Shown here: positions 44,276 to 52,925 of the stretch, in pieces
Layout: each line of letters opens with the position of its first letter
Position numbering within the stretch: the stretch's first letter is position 1
Origin: a virus
Strand: one strand, 5' to 3'
DNA length: 64,000 nucleotides
Virus record (IMG/VR): IMGVR_UViG_3300045988_147856
The notes under the pieces: generated by a model
What the model saw: only the letters and a program-made list of their open reading frames with translations
Told to the model about the DNA's origin: nothing
The model's database searches: none
Program-made: the position numbers and the translations under genes

Positions 44276-44600
44276 ATCCCCAACGGCAGCGCGTACCGAC
44301 CTACTGCGAACAACGAACAGGTTATCCGTTGATAATATAAGGGATTGTTCGCTCATCCCCGGAGTCGAGCACACCATATTGATCCGTAGACCAACCGACC
44401 ATTGTGCTCTGTGAACATTCTCGTTGCTTTTACAACGAGCTTTGCTGCGGACTTTCCTATCTCAGCCTTATTACCGTACCGACTCGCTTTCACGGTCGCC
44501 GCCATAATATTACTACTATGGGTTGGTAGCCTTGCATACGGATTACCCCGTGCCACATTATCAAGCAGCAATGCGCTTCTTACACGCACCAGTATCAGTC
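44276..44600 (-). ncRNA. Group I intron catalytic core (P, Q, R, S elements; P6, P8 and P9-like hairpins)
   Basis: - P-like: UAUGGCGGCGACCGUGAAAG (44506-44487).
- Q-like: GUCCGCAGC (44452-44444).
- P6 hairpin (44439-44420).
- R-like: GUUCACAGAGCACA (44416-44403).
- P8: UUGGUC-UACG-GAUCAA (44394-44379).
- S-like: UAUGGUGUGCUCG (44378-44366).
- GAGCAC pairs with GUGCUC to form P7. Confidence 0.65.
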
Positions 44601-46252
44601 GTTTTTCTTAACACTCTCTTGTCATTGTCGAGCAATGACTCGTTCAGCGTCACCGCCAGAGCGTTTCGTGGGTATATTCCTCCGATAATTGATAAGCCCA
44701 CGTTTTTGATAGATGTAACAACGCCGACTATTGCAGGAAGCAACAGTTTGCACTTGGCGAGTGCATCCGCAAATTGGAGTGCGCCGTTTGTCAACTTTAC
44801 AAAAGTAACAACGGCATTACTGTTAAGAAGATTTGTAGACAAAGACTCAAAAGAAGCCCTTGCTCTTGCGATATTTGCCTCAATACCCTGTGAGTAAGCA
44901 TCGTACTTCTCCATAGCCGTTCCGGCGGAATCAGCACTTATACCCGCATACTCCATAGCCTTACCATAGTTCTCCATGAGGGTAAGGACGTTTTCTTTCT
45001 GTCTTGTAACACCAAGCGCGGTCGCAATGGCACTCTGCTCGACCTCAGTCAAAGACGACCACTTAGCCTGTACGTCATCAAGGACATCTGTGAAGTCTCT
45101 GAATTCACCTAAGTTATCACGAAGACGTATGCCAACTCTTGTCAATATGCGCTCGTAATCGTTTAGCGACTCGCCGTCGTCATCAACAAGCTTATTAAGC
45201 TTAACATTTGAGTAACGAGCGAACATGGTCTTAAACGCATTACCGATAGACGCCATGTCTTGCTGAGTAACTTCGCCAACAGCGGCAAGGTAGCCCAGAA
45301 GCGTGTCCATTTCAACACCGGCAAGACGCGCCGAGTTTGCAGTCTTACTCATACCTTCAGCAAGACCACCAACGCTGACGGCGGCAGCCATATCGACAGC
45401 AGACAGCTTATCTGCTATAGACATCGCGTCATTGATCTCAACCTTATAGCCCTTAATCGCCGAGGTAAGATACTGAGTCGCCTCCGCCGAATCAATCAGA
45501 CCTATCTTGGAAAGAACGGTACTGGTTTTTATCAGTTCGTTTGTGTCTTCAAGAGAATAACCCTGTCTAAGCCAATCGTCGGCGGCGGCGGCTACTTCAG
45601 AAGTGACAGCACCAAGCTCCTGAGCCATTTCAGAATAACTCGCCACGAGCTCTTTAGTGCGATCACGGTTGTAACCTGTAACCATAGAAAGGTTGACAAC
45701 AGCCGAGTCAAGCTTGACAACATTATCGTAGACCTCTTTAAGCTGTTGCACCGAAAAACCAGCTATAGCTGTTACTGCCTTTTGCTTAATATTTGTCTTT
45801 AATGCACTGCCAAGCTTATCAAAGACATTTGTTGTTTCGACGCCAGCCTTAATGGCATCGAGCTTTAAATCGTTGAATGTCTCCTGAAACTCTTTTGCGG
45901 TTATATTTCCGCTGTCCAAGGCGCTTTGGAGCCCCTTGAAACCACCCATAAGACCAGATTTTTCAAGCTTATCGCCATATTTGTCCATGTACTTGTAGAG
46001 TTGGTTATAAGCTCGTAAAAACTTGCCGGAGTCTTGGGTTATTGACTTGGTGATTTTCTTATTAGTGGACTGAACCTCTTTCTCTATACTATCTGTATCA
46101 AGTGAGAACTTGAGTTTCGTAACTCCGCTTTTATTAATCTCTTTGGCTATACTCTGGATGTCTTGCAGTATCTGTCGTCCGGATTCGCCGCTTATTTTGC
46201 CGCCACCAGATACGCCAAATTTTAACTCAATTACGTTTTTGTTATCGGACAT
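44561..46252 (-). CDS. Tape measure protein, N-terminal part (putative exon 1 plus read-through into the intron)
   Basis: TP901-type TMP core pattern (MAQELGAVTSEVAAAADDWLRQGYSLEDT) and a hydrophobic segment LLLPAIVGVVTSI. The last roughly 15-40 codons are probably intron sequence. Confidence 0.8.
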   Translation of the reverse strand: MSDNKNVIELKFGVSGGGKISGESGRQILQDIQSIAKEINKSGVTKLKFSLDTDSIEKEVQSTNKKITKSITQDSGKFLRAYNQLYKYMDKYGDKLEKSGLMGGFKGLQSALDSGNITAKEFQETFNDLKLDAIKAGVETTNVFDKLGSALKTNIKQKAVTAIAGFSVQQLKEVYDNVVKLDSAVVNLSMVTGYNRDRTKELVASYSEMAQELGAVTSEVAAAADDWLRQGYSLEDTNELIKTSTVLSKIGLIDSAEATQYLTSAIKGYKVEINDAMSIADKLSAVDMAAAVSVGGLAEGMSKTANSARLAGVEMDTLLGYLAAVGEVTQQDMASIGNAFKTMFARYSNVKLNKLVDDDGESLNDYERILTRVGIRLRDNLGEFRDFTDVLDDVQAKWSSLTEVEQSAIATALGVTRQKENVLTLMENYGKAMEYAGISADSAGTAMEKYDAYSQGIEANIARARASFESLSTNLLNSNAVVTFVKLTNGALQFADALAKCKLLLPAIVGVVTSIKNVGLSIIGGIYPRNALAVTLNESLLDNDKRVLRKTTDTGACKKRIAA

Positions 46253-46271
46253 AAATGCCTCCCTATATAAA

Positions 46272-46297
46272 TAGCCGCACTCAAACGAGCGCGGCTA
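46272..46297 (-). terminator. Hairpin with a weak U-tract just upstream of the tape measure start
   Basis: TAGCCGC...GCGGCTA followed by TTTAT on the minus strand. Confidence 0.35.
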
Positions 46298-46300
46298 CCT

Positions 46301-46843
46301 TTACAATATTCCGCTATCCATACCGCCCCACAAGCGGGGATAGTCTACTTTTACGCCCGGATGTTGCATCTCAAAGTCATTGATTGTATCGGAAATAAAT
46401 GAGTTCGGGGAACGAACCCTTTTGTTGCTGATAGGCAATCCGCTATTTCGCCCTTCCCAAACACCGACCACAGAGTGAATCTTCGGATAACCCTGAGTTA
46501 TCAGCCCGAATATGTCGTATACACCACTTCCAGTAGGAACACCACCAGCCCCAGTCAGCGAATCTCGTTTTAACAAATCACCCGGAAACGCAATGTCAAC
46601 GACCCATTCACCCGAGTGTTTATCAATCTTTGATATACCGACGTGAATTTTACCTACGCCCATTTTGCGAGCATAAACTGAGGTCGCCTGATTATACGCA
46701 TTAACAATCTTGTTGCGCAGCTCCTTAGCAAGCTCGGTCAGCTGATTCTTGTAGTCGGGGTATTTTTCTTTAACTATTTTTTCTCCGTTTTTGCTTGAGA
46801 TAAACTGTTGAAGTTTTTGTATAATATATTCTTCAGAAATCAC
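46301..46843 (-). CDS. Hypothetical tail-module protein
   Basis: 180-aa ORF with a GTG start overlapping the previous stop. Confidence 0.45.
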   Translation of the reverse strand: MISEEYIIQKLQQFISSKNGEKIVKEKYPDYKNQLTELAKELRNKIVNAYNQATSVYARKMGVGKIHVGISKIDKHSGEWVVDIAFPGDLLKRDSLTGAGGVPTGSGVYDIFGLITQGYPKIHSVVGVWEGRNSGLPISNKRVRSPNSFISDTINDFEMQHPGVKVDYPRLWGGMDSGIL

Positions 46844-46938
46844 TTAGCATCACCATAAATAACACACACGGGTTCTGTTACGGCTCGTACCACTACAACA
46901 GGTTCACTGATAACTCTGATATAAACTACATCAAACAT
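46840..46938 (-). CDS. Small 32-aa ORF
   Basis: RBS GGAGG lies 6 nt before the ATG at 46938. Its stop overlaps the next start (GTGA). Confidence 0.3.
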   Translation of the reverse strand: MFDVVYIRVISEPVVVVRAVTEPVCVIYGDAK

Positions 46939-46949
46939 TTCAGCCTCCG

Positions 46950-47276
46950 TTATTCGCACTTATCTGCGGAATTGAACAATGTCGGCGAAACGCGAAGCTC
47001 GACTATGGGTGTTGCGGGGATTTTTTCGTCAGCCATAACAACTCGTGTGTCCATAAAGATAATACCTTCAGGCAGACGACCGGACTCTTCTGCCGTCAGC
47101 TCAATTGTGTATAAATCAGACTCTTCGTCATAACCGACATTATCCGGGTACTTTCGCGTGAAGAGAGTCTGACTATTCATATCTTTATCGAGCTTAAACA
47201 AGAAGTCTATGTGCTCGATATCAGAGTGGCTTATATTAAACTTAATAGGTATAGTGGGAGTAGTGAACCTCTTCAC
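46950..47276 (-). CDS. Hypothetical tail-module protein
   Basis: ORF with RBS AAGGAG. Confidence 0.45.
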   Translation of the reverse strand: MKRFTTPTIPIKFNISHSDIEHIDFLFKLDKDMNSQTLFTRKYPDNVGYDEESDLYTIELTAEESGRLPEGIIFMDTRVVMADEKIPATPIVELRVSPTLFNSADKCE

Positions 47277-47295
47277 ACAACCAACTCCTTACTTA

Positions 47296-47826
47296 TTATT
47301 TCTTCTTCTCGTGGAAGTCGAGAATCCCGTCAACTATCTTGCCTTCATCTTTATTAGCGATAACCTCGCTCAGCTGCATAAGTTTTTCGAGATCAACTTT
47401 AGACAGCGAAGACTGATTGGCGTTTATGGTGTTGAGAAGTTCAGCGAGGGACTTTGCCGCAGAAGACCACGGGTCATATGCCACTCTAAGCTTCTCGTTA
47501 TATGCAGCGAAGAAAGCCTTTTTCATTGCGCTATAGTTGACATATCTAACGCTCTTAACGATAAATTCTATAATATCATTTTCGTTAATAAGCTTCCACA
47601 TCGACTCAACGCTGTTGCTGAGACCAAGTTCTTTGGCATTTGAAACCTGTAAGACAAGAAAGGTCTCAAGCACGAACTCAGCAAAGTGAGCGATAAGACC
47701 GCCGTTGTCGTCATAGCAGAACTCAAGGGCTGTACTGATTATCGTCTCAACATCAGAATAGGTCAGTTCGTCACGGATTTCCATCTCTATCTCTTTATTA
47801 TCAACTTCAGCTTTATATTTCAGCAT
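47296..47826 (-). CDS. Putative tail assembly chaperone (acidic)
   Basis: The ATG at 47826 overlaps the ruvC stop in TAATG. Acidic 177-aa protein upstream of the TMP. Confidence 0.4.
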   Translation of the reverse strand: MLKYKAEVDNKEIEMEIRDELTYSDVETIISTALEFCYDDNGGLIAHFAEFVLETFLVLQVSNAKELGLSNSVESMWKLINENDIIEFIVKSVRYVNYSAMKKAFFAAYNEKLRVAYDPWSSAAKSLAELLNTINANQSSLSKVDLEKLMQLSEVIANKDEGKIVDGILDFHEKKK

Positions 47827-48323
47827 TATTTCTTTTTCTCCTTTATTTCCTCGATAACACCGCTGTCGCGCAGATAAGCAAGACCTATACAAATAGCTTC
47901 AGCGATATCATCTTTAGCGGTTATTCCATAGCATTTTGAAACATAGTCTATTGCTTGTACCTTGAGGGCTTCTCGGTTAACCTTGTTGCCCTGATTAAAG
48001 CCCAACACCTTACGCCATTGTGTCGGGGCATAGATTTTGAACGCTGTATTATGCCAATATGACATATCCATAATAGCGCCCTGAAGTCTGCTTAATGTGA
48101 TTAGCGTCTTAATAGACGTCCTCAGTGAGACATCTTCAAAAATAATTATATCAGCCTTAGACTTCAAAAAGAGGAGATGTATCTTTCGACACATCTCCTC
48201 AAATCTATCCTCTGGCGAAACGGACTTGTCAGCCGTGAGTTTACCAAAGCTAACAAGATCGCCGTCGTCGAATATGGCGTAGCCGGTAATAATACTGGCT
48301 TGGTCTAACGCCAAAATTCTCAT
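47826..48323 (-). CDS. ruvC: RuvC-like Holliday junction resolvase
   Basis: MRILALDQASIITGYAIF, IIIFEDV and DDIAEAICIGLAY are RuvC catalytic motifs. Confidence 0.75.
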   Translation of the reverse strand: MRILALDQASIITGYAIFDDGDLVSFGKLTADKSVSPEDRFEEMCRKIHLLFLKSKADIIIFEDVSLRTSIKTLITLSRLQGAIMDMSYWHNTAFKIYAPTQWRKVLGFNQGNKVNREALKVQAIDYVSKCYGITAKDDIAEAICIGLAYLRDSGVIEEIKEKKK

Positions 48324-48526
48324 ACGGTTACATACCCGCTTCCGTCGTACTTGATGGCGTTCGTCTGCACGAGCTCGCCCTTTGCATCAACATAGACTAT
48401 GATTCCGCTATATTTATTGTAAGAAACGACCTGACACTTCCTCTTGCGGGGCAGAGCCTTTGACTTGCGCTTTGGAGTTTCCTTGTCAGCGACTTCTACA
48501 ACCTCTACAACGTTTTCATTATCCAT
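48320..48526 (-). CDS. Hypothetical protein
   Basis: ORF coupled to ruvC. Confidence 0.4.
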   Translation of the reverse strand: MDNENVVEVVEVADKETPKRKSKALPRKRKCQVVSYNKYSGIIVYVDAKGELVQTNAIKYDGSGYVTV

Positions 48527-48531
48527 ATTGA

Positions 48532-49272
48532 TTATTCCTCCTCATCCTGCCAAATAAGGTCAAGAATGTTGTCGTCACTGTCTGCCATAAGGTCGCAGGT
48601 GATAGTGATAGTAGCGGGGTCGCCGCTGTTAGCACACGACAGAGAGAAGTTGGTCTGGGGAGAGCACTTGTACGCAACCATTCTGTAAGGAACAATCTCG
48701 TCGTTCTCGGTCTTCTCGTAAGTATCACCATAAACAGTGAACGCTCTCGGGAAAGTCGTGGACTTGATGTTTATCTTGCGCACCTTCTCGGTAAGCTCGG
48801 TCATGTAATAGACAATATAGCTATCGTTAGCCTTTGCATCAGTAACGGTAATCTCCTTGGTACTTGCGGTCGCCGTAGCAGTAAGCTCTGTACCGCAGTC
48901 ATCGTCTGCCTTAAAGACATTGACAGTGCCGACGACAGGAGTGCCGGAAACGGTCAGCTTGCCCGCAGTTGCACACTTAACGACTTCACGCTTAAGGAAC
49001 TTAGCGGTTGTCTCAAGGCTCGCGCCAGTAATCAGAGAATAGAGCTTAGCTGTCTTCATCTGAGTCTCGAACGCTATTGTGCCGCCGCGCTCGCCGTGGA
49101 ATGTAACTCTCTTCGGGTGTCCCTTACCACCGTAGGCATAAACAGCCTCACCGCTCATCTCGGTCGTTGTCGTATTAGCAAAGTCGAGATTGAGGAAAGG
49201 CTTCCTGCTCTTATATTCAACGAATATAAGGTCACATACTTCTCTGTTAGCAAAAGTAGTATTGTTGTTCAT
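48532..49272 (-). CDS. Major tail (tube) protein
   Basis: Called from size, position and composition (Thr/Gly-rich beta protein). A strong RBS precedes it. Confidence 0.5.
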   Translation of the reverse strand: MNNNTTFANREVCDLIFVEYKSRKPFLNLDFANTTTTEMSGEAVYAYGGKGHPKRVTFHGERGGTIAFETQMKTAKLYSLITGASLETTAKFLKREVVKCATAGKLTVSGTPVVGTVNVFKADDDCGTELTATATASTKEITVTDAKANDSYIVYYMTELTEKVRKINIKSTTFPRAFTVYGDTYEKTENDEIVPYRMVAYKCSPQTNFSLSCANSGDPATITITCDLMADSDDNILDLIWQDEEE

Positions 49273-49284
49273 ATTAAACCTCTC

Positions 49285-50010
49285 TTATTTATTTGTTAAA
49301 TCCTTGAACCACGCCGAAAGCTCTATGGAGTCCTTTCCCCATGCAGCCCAGCGCAGTCCTTCGACCGATTCATAAGTAATGACGTTGAGACGCCTGAACT
49401 GGTCGTAAAGTTGTAATATAGTTAAATCCCAGATATTCAGTAGGTTTAAAGAGGGATGCTTTGCGCATACGGCGGATATAATGTTCGGAAGTGTGTAGTC
49501 GTTAGACGGCTGTTCTTTTTTCTTAGCCTTATCGAACTCTTTCTTCCGCGCCTTACATCTTTCGTAAATGGCTTTAGCTTTTTTGTTTGAGAACTTTAAT
49601 TCGCTCTTACTCTCTTTCTCCACACCAATTATCTGAGCAATTAAACTTTGTATATCTCCGAAATTTCCGTTGTTGATTTCGCCGACCACTTGCTTATCCC
49701 TATAAACCTTGAAACACAAGCTTTTGTCATCAAAAACAACCTCTTCTTCAATAAAAAAAAAGAGTGCCTCAAAAAAGGTCTCTCTTAACATCGGGTAGGT
49801 TATTAAGATGTAAAAGGTTGAAAGGTCGGGTATAAGCATAGGTATTTGCCCGTCAAGCTCGCTCGGGTCGAACATGATTACACTCACATATCCGAAGAAC
49901 TTGTCGTAACCAAGCTGACGAATCTCCGACAATCGTGGCTGTCGTACATGACACACATTGCCGACGGCGATAGAACTGCCGGTAATTGAGTCCCACTGGG
50001 TCAGCTTCAT
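49285..50010 (-). CDS. Hypothetical head-tail module protein
   Basis: ORF in the operon. Confidence 0.4.
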   Translation of the reverse strand: MKLTQWDSITGSSIAVGNVCHVRQPRLSEIRQLGYDKFFGYVSVIMFDPSELDGQIPMLIPDLSTFYILITYPMLRETFFEALFFFIEEEVVFDDKSLCFKVYRDKQVVGEINNGNFGDIQSLIAQIIGVEKESKSELKFSNKKAKAIYERCKARKKEFDKAKKKEQPSNDYTLPNIISAVCAKHPSLNLLNIWDLTILQLYDQFRRLNVITYESVEGLRWAAWGKDSIELSAWFKDLTNK

Positions 50011-50516
50011 TTAGTTACCCTCGCTCTATCTCGTGCATAATCGGGCACAGTATATGTCAGAAGACGAGCAGTAAAGCCTTCGGGTGCAGCCGCGAGCGTC
50101 GCTGAACTAAGTTGTAACCTGCCTATTCCAAACTCTGAACTGCCGTTTATCAGCAAGTCTATTTGACGGCATATGTTATCACGCCTATTTCCCTTAACGC
50201 CCGGAAATCTATCGCTGCCGAGCTTCATAAAGGATTTGTTGCAGACGACTTCTACGAGGAGCGTCATTCTCTTTATGCTTCCACTCGGAGCCTTAGTGAC
50301 CTCTGTGTCAACAAGCACATAAGCACCAGCCTCTTGAACGCTCTCGTCTATCCAACCGTGGTCGTTAATGTGGTCTTCCCACTTTTCAGCATCGTCATCA
50401 TCAGGGGCATATCTGCCGTTCGAGACGAGCTTCATAACCTCTGATGACTCCAAAATTTTGCTGATAACGAGATTGTTATAGTCTATAATTTCATCGAGGT
50501 GTGTATATCCTGCCAT
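50007..50516 (-). CDS. Putative head-tail joining / tail completion protein
   Basis: Called from position and size. Confidence 0.35.
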   Translation of the reverse strand: MAGYTHLDEIIDYNNLVISKILESSEVMKLVSNGRYAPDDDDAEKWEDHINDHGWIDESVQEAGAYVLVDTEVTKAPSGSIKRMTLLVEVVCNKSFMKLGSDRFPGVKGNRRDNICRQIDLLINGSSEFGIGRLQLSSATLAAAPEGFTARLLTYTVPDYARDRARVTK

Positions 50517-51517
50517 TAGCCAGTCACCTCGACTTTCTTATAAGCGGAGCGTTCTCCGCCGTCATTCAGTTCAACAGTCAGCTTTGTGCCAATGAGAGCA
50601 TCATTAGCGTCAACGGAAATAATTAATGCGCCATCTTTAACGGAATACTGTATGCCGTATGCAGCCCCAGTCACAGACCACGACGGAACAGCCTCTTCAT
50701 CAACTCCGCCTGAGTCCTTAAAGAACTGCGCAAGATATGTTCTATGCGCTCCAATTCGGAGTGTATCGCGTCCGGCAATCTTACAAAGAGTACCGGCAGT
50801 AGACGGCTCACTTGGAGCGATGTAATCACATATGCGCTCTTTAGCGTTGTCTCTCGAAGCGTCGTACTCAACACTTTCGACATTCATAATAAGAAGATGT
50901 CCGTTTTTGCCATAACTTCGGCTTATCGGGTCTTCTCCCGTATAAATGTAGCAAGTGAGAATTTCGTCGCCGTTAGCGTTGTAGTTAACACCACCGGCTA
51001 TGCGCTTATCTATATAGAGCTTGGCTGTGTCTTCGTCGTATGGGAGATACACCTTGAACTGCTTGTGTAACGACTGAACCGTGTTGTTACCCTTAAGCGT
51101 TGTCGAATAAACGCCCGAATCCAAAACACCCCAACGCTCGATAATATCCGAAGTGCCGTTTTGGAATCTGAACAGATGGTTGCACAGCCACGCCGTCCCT
51201 GTTATATGGATCTCATTTACCACTCTCGTTTCAACGACGATGAAGCGTTCATCCATAATTTCAAGGATGTCCCCGACATAAAGATTCTCGTCGGGAAAAG
51301 AGATAACTTTTATTTTGTAAGCCACCTCAGTCCGGTCAACCAAAAAACGCTGCGGGGCTCCGTTACGAGTTGCGTTCGGCTGATATCCCGGATTACTTAT
51401 AACCTTAACTTGAAAGTTGTCTTTAGCCTTTTGAATGATTCTATCTCGGTCTGATACGCCATTTATGCCGAGACGCGCATTGTAGTGAGACCAATCAAGC
51501 ATTGCGCCCACCACCAA
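50516..51517 (-). CDS. Structural protein with a C-terminal Ig-like (Big_2-type) domain
   Basis: C-terminal segment SWSVTGAAYGIQYSVKDGALIISVDANDALIGTKLTVELN. Confidence 0.45.
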   Translation of the reverse strand: MVVGAMLDWSHYNARLGINGVSDRDRIIQKAKDNFQVKVISNPGYQPNATRNGAPQRFLVDRTEVAYKIKVISFPDENLYVGDILEIMDERFIVVETRVVNEIHITGTAWLCNHLFRFQNGTSDIIERWGVLDSGVYSTTLKGNNTVQSLHKQFKVYLPYDEDTAKLYIDKRIAGGVNYNANGDEILTCYIYTGEDPISRSYGKNGHLLIMNVESVEYDASRDNAKERICDYIAPSEPSTAGTLCKIAGRDTLRIGAHRTYLAQFFKDSGGVDEEAVPSWSVTGAAYGIQYSVKDGALIISVDANDALIGTKLTVELNDGGERSAYKKVEVTG

Positions 51518-51809
51518 TCTTGTTAAGAAGAGCTAAAGCCTTGAACACCTCACGCTTGCAAACCTCTTCTGAAACCTCATTTTCGTTGAGATAATTTAAA
51601 ATATTCACAACGGTAATAAAGTCCATATTATCCGCAAGTTTATCAAAAGTCGTCAAAGCTCCCGTGGCTTCTATGGTAACGCTATTTATGTATTCCGATA
51701 AATGTATGTCCTCTCCTATGCCAAGCACATCATATTCTTTTAAAGGAATAATTTTATAAACATGTCCCGTAAAACGATTAACAAAAGTTTTAAGCTTTAT
51801 AATAATCAC
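51495..51809 (-). CDS. Putative head-tail connector protein
   Basis: Called from position and size. Confidence 0.35.
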   Translation of the reverse strand: MIIIKLKTFVNRFTGHVYKIIPLKEYDVLGIGEDIHLSEYINSVTIEATGALTTFDKLADNMDFITVVNILNYLNENEVSEEVCKREVFKALALLNKIGGGRNA

Positions 51810-52244
51810 CTACGCTTTCAGTGAGGCGATATTACCAGCATAATAGGTATACTCAGTCATTTTGCGGCGATATTCCTTATAAAGGGAGTTCCTAAATTCC
51901 GTCATCTCTCTTAAGAGATTGGCAGGAGAGAAGAATGAATAATCCTTGACAGACAAGGAATTGCTTAAGTTTGTGCTATCCAGAACCTTAGAACTGACCC
52001 AGTAATATGCGATACCGAGAGCAAGAATCTCGATTACTTCGTTATCCAAGTCAACCTTGTATTCTTTATAGTCGGTATCTATCTGAGAAAGGTCTATGCG
52101 ACACATCTTCTCAAAGTCCGCTTGGGCGCTCATGAGATATTTTTCAAGTATATACTCGCGCTCGGATTCCGATAGCTTTAAGAAATCATAATCAGAGAAC
52201 TTCAGAACAGCTCGTTCGTAAATCTCCGAAAACGGTGTTGCCAT
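51810..52244 (-). CDS. Putative head-tail adaptor protein
   Basis: Called from position and size. Confidence 0.35.
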   Translation of the reverse strand: MATPFSEIYERAVLKFSDYDFLKLSESEREYILEKYLMSAQADFEKMCRIDLSQIDTDYKEYKVDLDNEVIEILALGIAYYWVSSKVLDSTNLSNSLSVKDYSFFSPANLLREMTEFRNSLYKEYRRKMTEYTYYAGNIASLKA

Positions 52245-52248
52245 TAAA

Positions 52249-52851
52249 TCACCTCTCGGACTTCATCAGATCACAACCGAGAGCCTCCTCGAAAGCTCTA
52301 ATCTTCTTAAGAGAATCGAGAGTTCCATCCTCAATAAATGTGTTGAGCGCAACAACAAGGTTTTCTCTTGCTGTGGTGGTGAGAAGAGGGACCTTTGTTT
52401 CGATATCTTTTACGCTCCAACCACAGACCTTCTGGAAATCATCGGGATCGATAATATCCTTGTAATATCTGCCGACCGCAAGAGCGTTATACACATCCTC
52501 GGGCGTATGCTCGCCGTCGTCAACCGAATCGACAAGTATCTTGTTCTCGGTGAAGAATATTGCCGCCGACGCCTTTATCGAGCGAAGCAGACTCATCGAG
52601 ACAGGCTGTATGTCGCCACAGAACCCCCAATCGATGGTTTCACCACTTCTTTTATCCACAAAGGTAAGACCGCCAAAGGTGTTCGACTTTACATATACGA
52701 GGGCGGAGTCATCTATTCTTGAGGATCTCTTTGGCGCAACGGGAGCAGTTTCAATCGTCTCATTTACTTTCGTCTGATTTTCTGCATTAGTTGTTTTAGC
52801 CTTAGTAGCTCCCTTCTTAGCGCCTGTAGTTGTTTTATTCTGCTGTGCCAT
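52249..52851 (-). CDS. Hypothetical head-module protein with a basic N-terminus
   Basis: ORF downstream of the capsid terminator. Confidence 0.4.
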   Translation of the reverse strand: MAQQNKTTTGAKKGATKAKTTNAENQTKVNETIETAPVAPKRSSRIDDSALVYVKSNTFGGLTFVDKRSGETIDWGFCGDIQPVSMSLLRSIKASAAIFFTENKILVDSVDDGEHTPEDVYNALAVGRYYKDIIDPDDFQKVCGWSVKDIETKVPLLTTTARENLVVALNTFIEDGTLDSLKKIRAFEEALGCDLMKSER

Positions 52852-52884
52852 TATTATCTTTTACACTCCTTTTATTCTTAGAAA

Positions 52885-52909
52885 GGGGAGAGCCACGCGG
52901 ACTCTCCCC
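52885..52909 (-). terminator. Intrinsic terminator after the major capsid gene
   Basis: GGGGAGAGT CCGCGTG GCTCTCCCC followed by TTTCT on the minus strand. Confidence 0.6.
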
Positions 52910-52925
52910 AAAAGTTTAAATTTGA

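Larger units (their letters stand above)
40614..44600 (-). mobile_element. Group I intron-like insertion in the tape measure gene, including a 3.6 kb cargo island; boundaries approximate
   Basis: Ribozyme core at 44600-44276. Long-range pairing joins 44290-44276 to 40636-40624. The TMP frame stops at 44561 and resumes at about 40613. Confidence 0.6.

Noticed and set aside
44555-44600. The minus-strand GUGCG just after the TMP frame looked like a group II intron 5' end.
   Set aside because: - No reverse-transcriptase ORF is present.
- No domain V/VI-like sequence lies near the 3' side.
- The downstream conserved blocks match group I P/Q/R/S elements instead.
44353-44897. Listed ORFs 44353..44589(-), 44402..44611(+) and 44523..44897(+).
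   Set aside because: They overlap the ribozyme core or the antisense strand of the TMP. They have no RBS, so I treat them as non-coding.
46840-47826. Looked for the -1 programmed frameshift typical of tail assembly chaperones (G/GT) upstream of the TMP.
   Set aside because: There is no overlapping extended frame and no slippery heptamer. The downstream ORFs have their own RBS and start codons.
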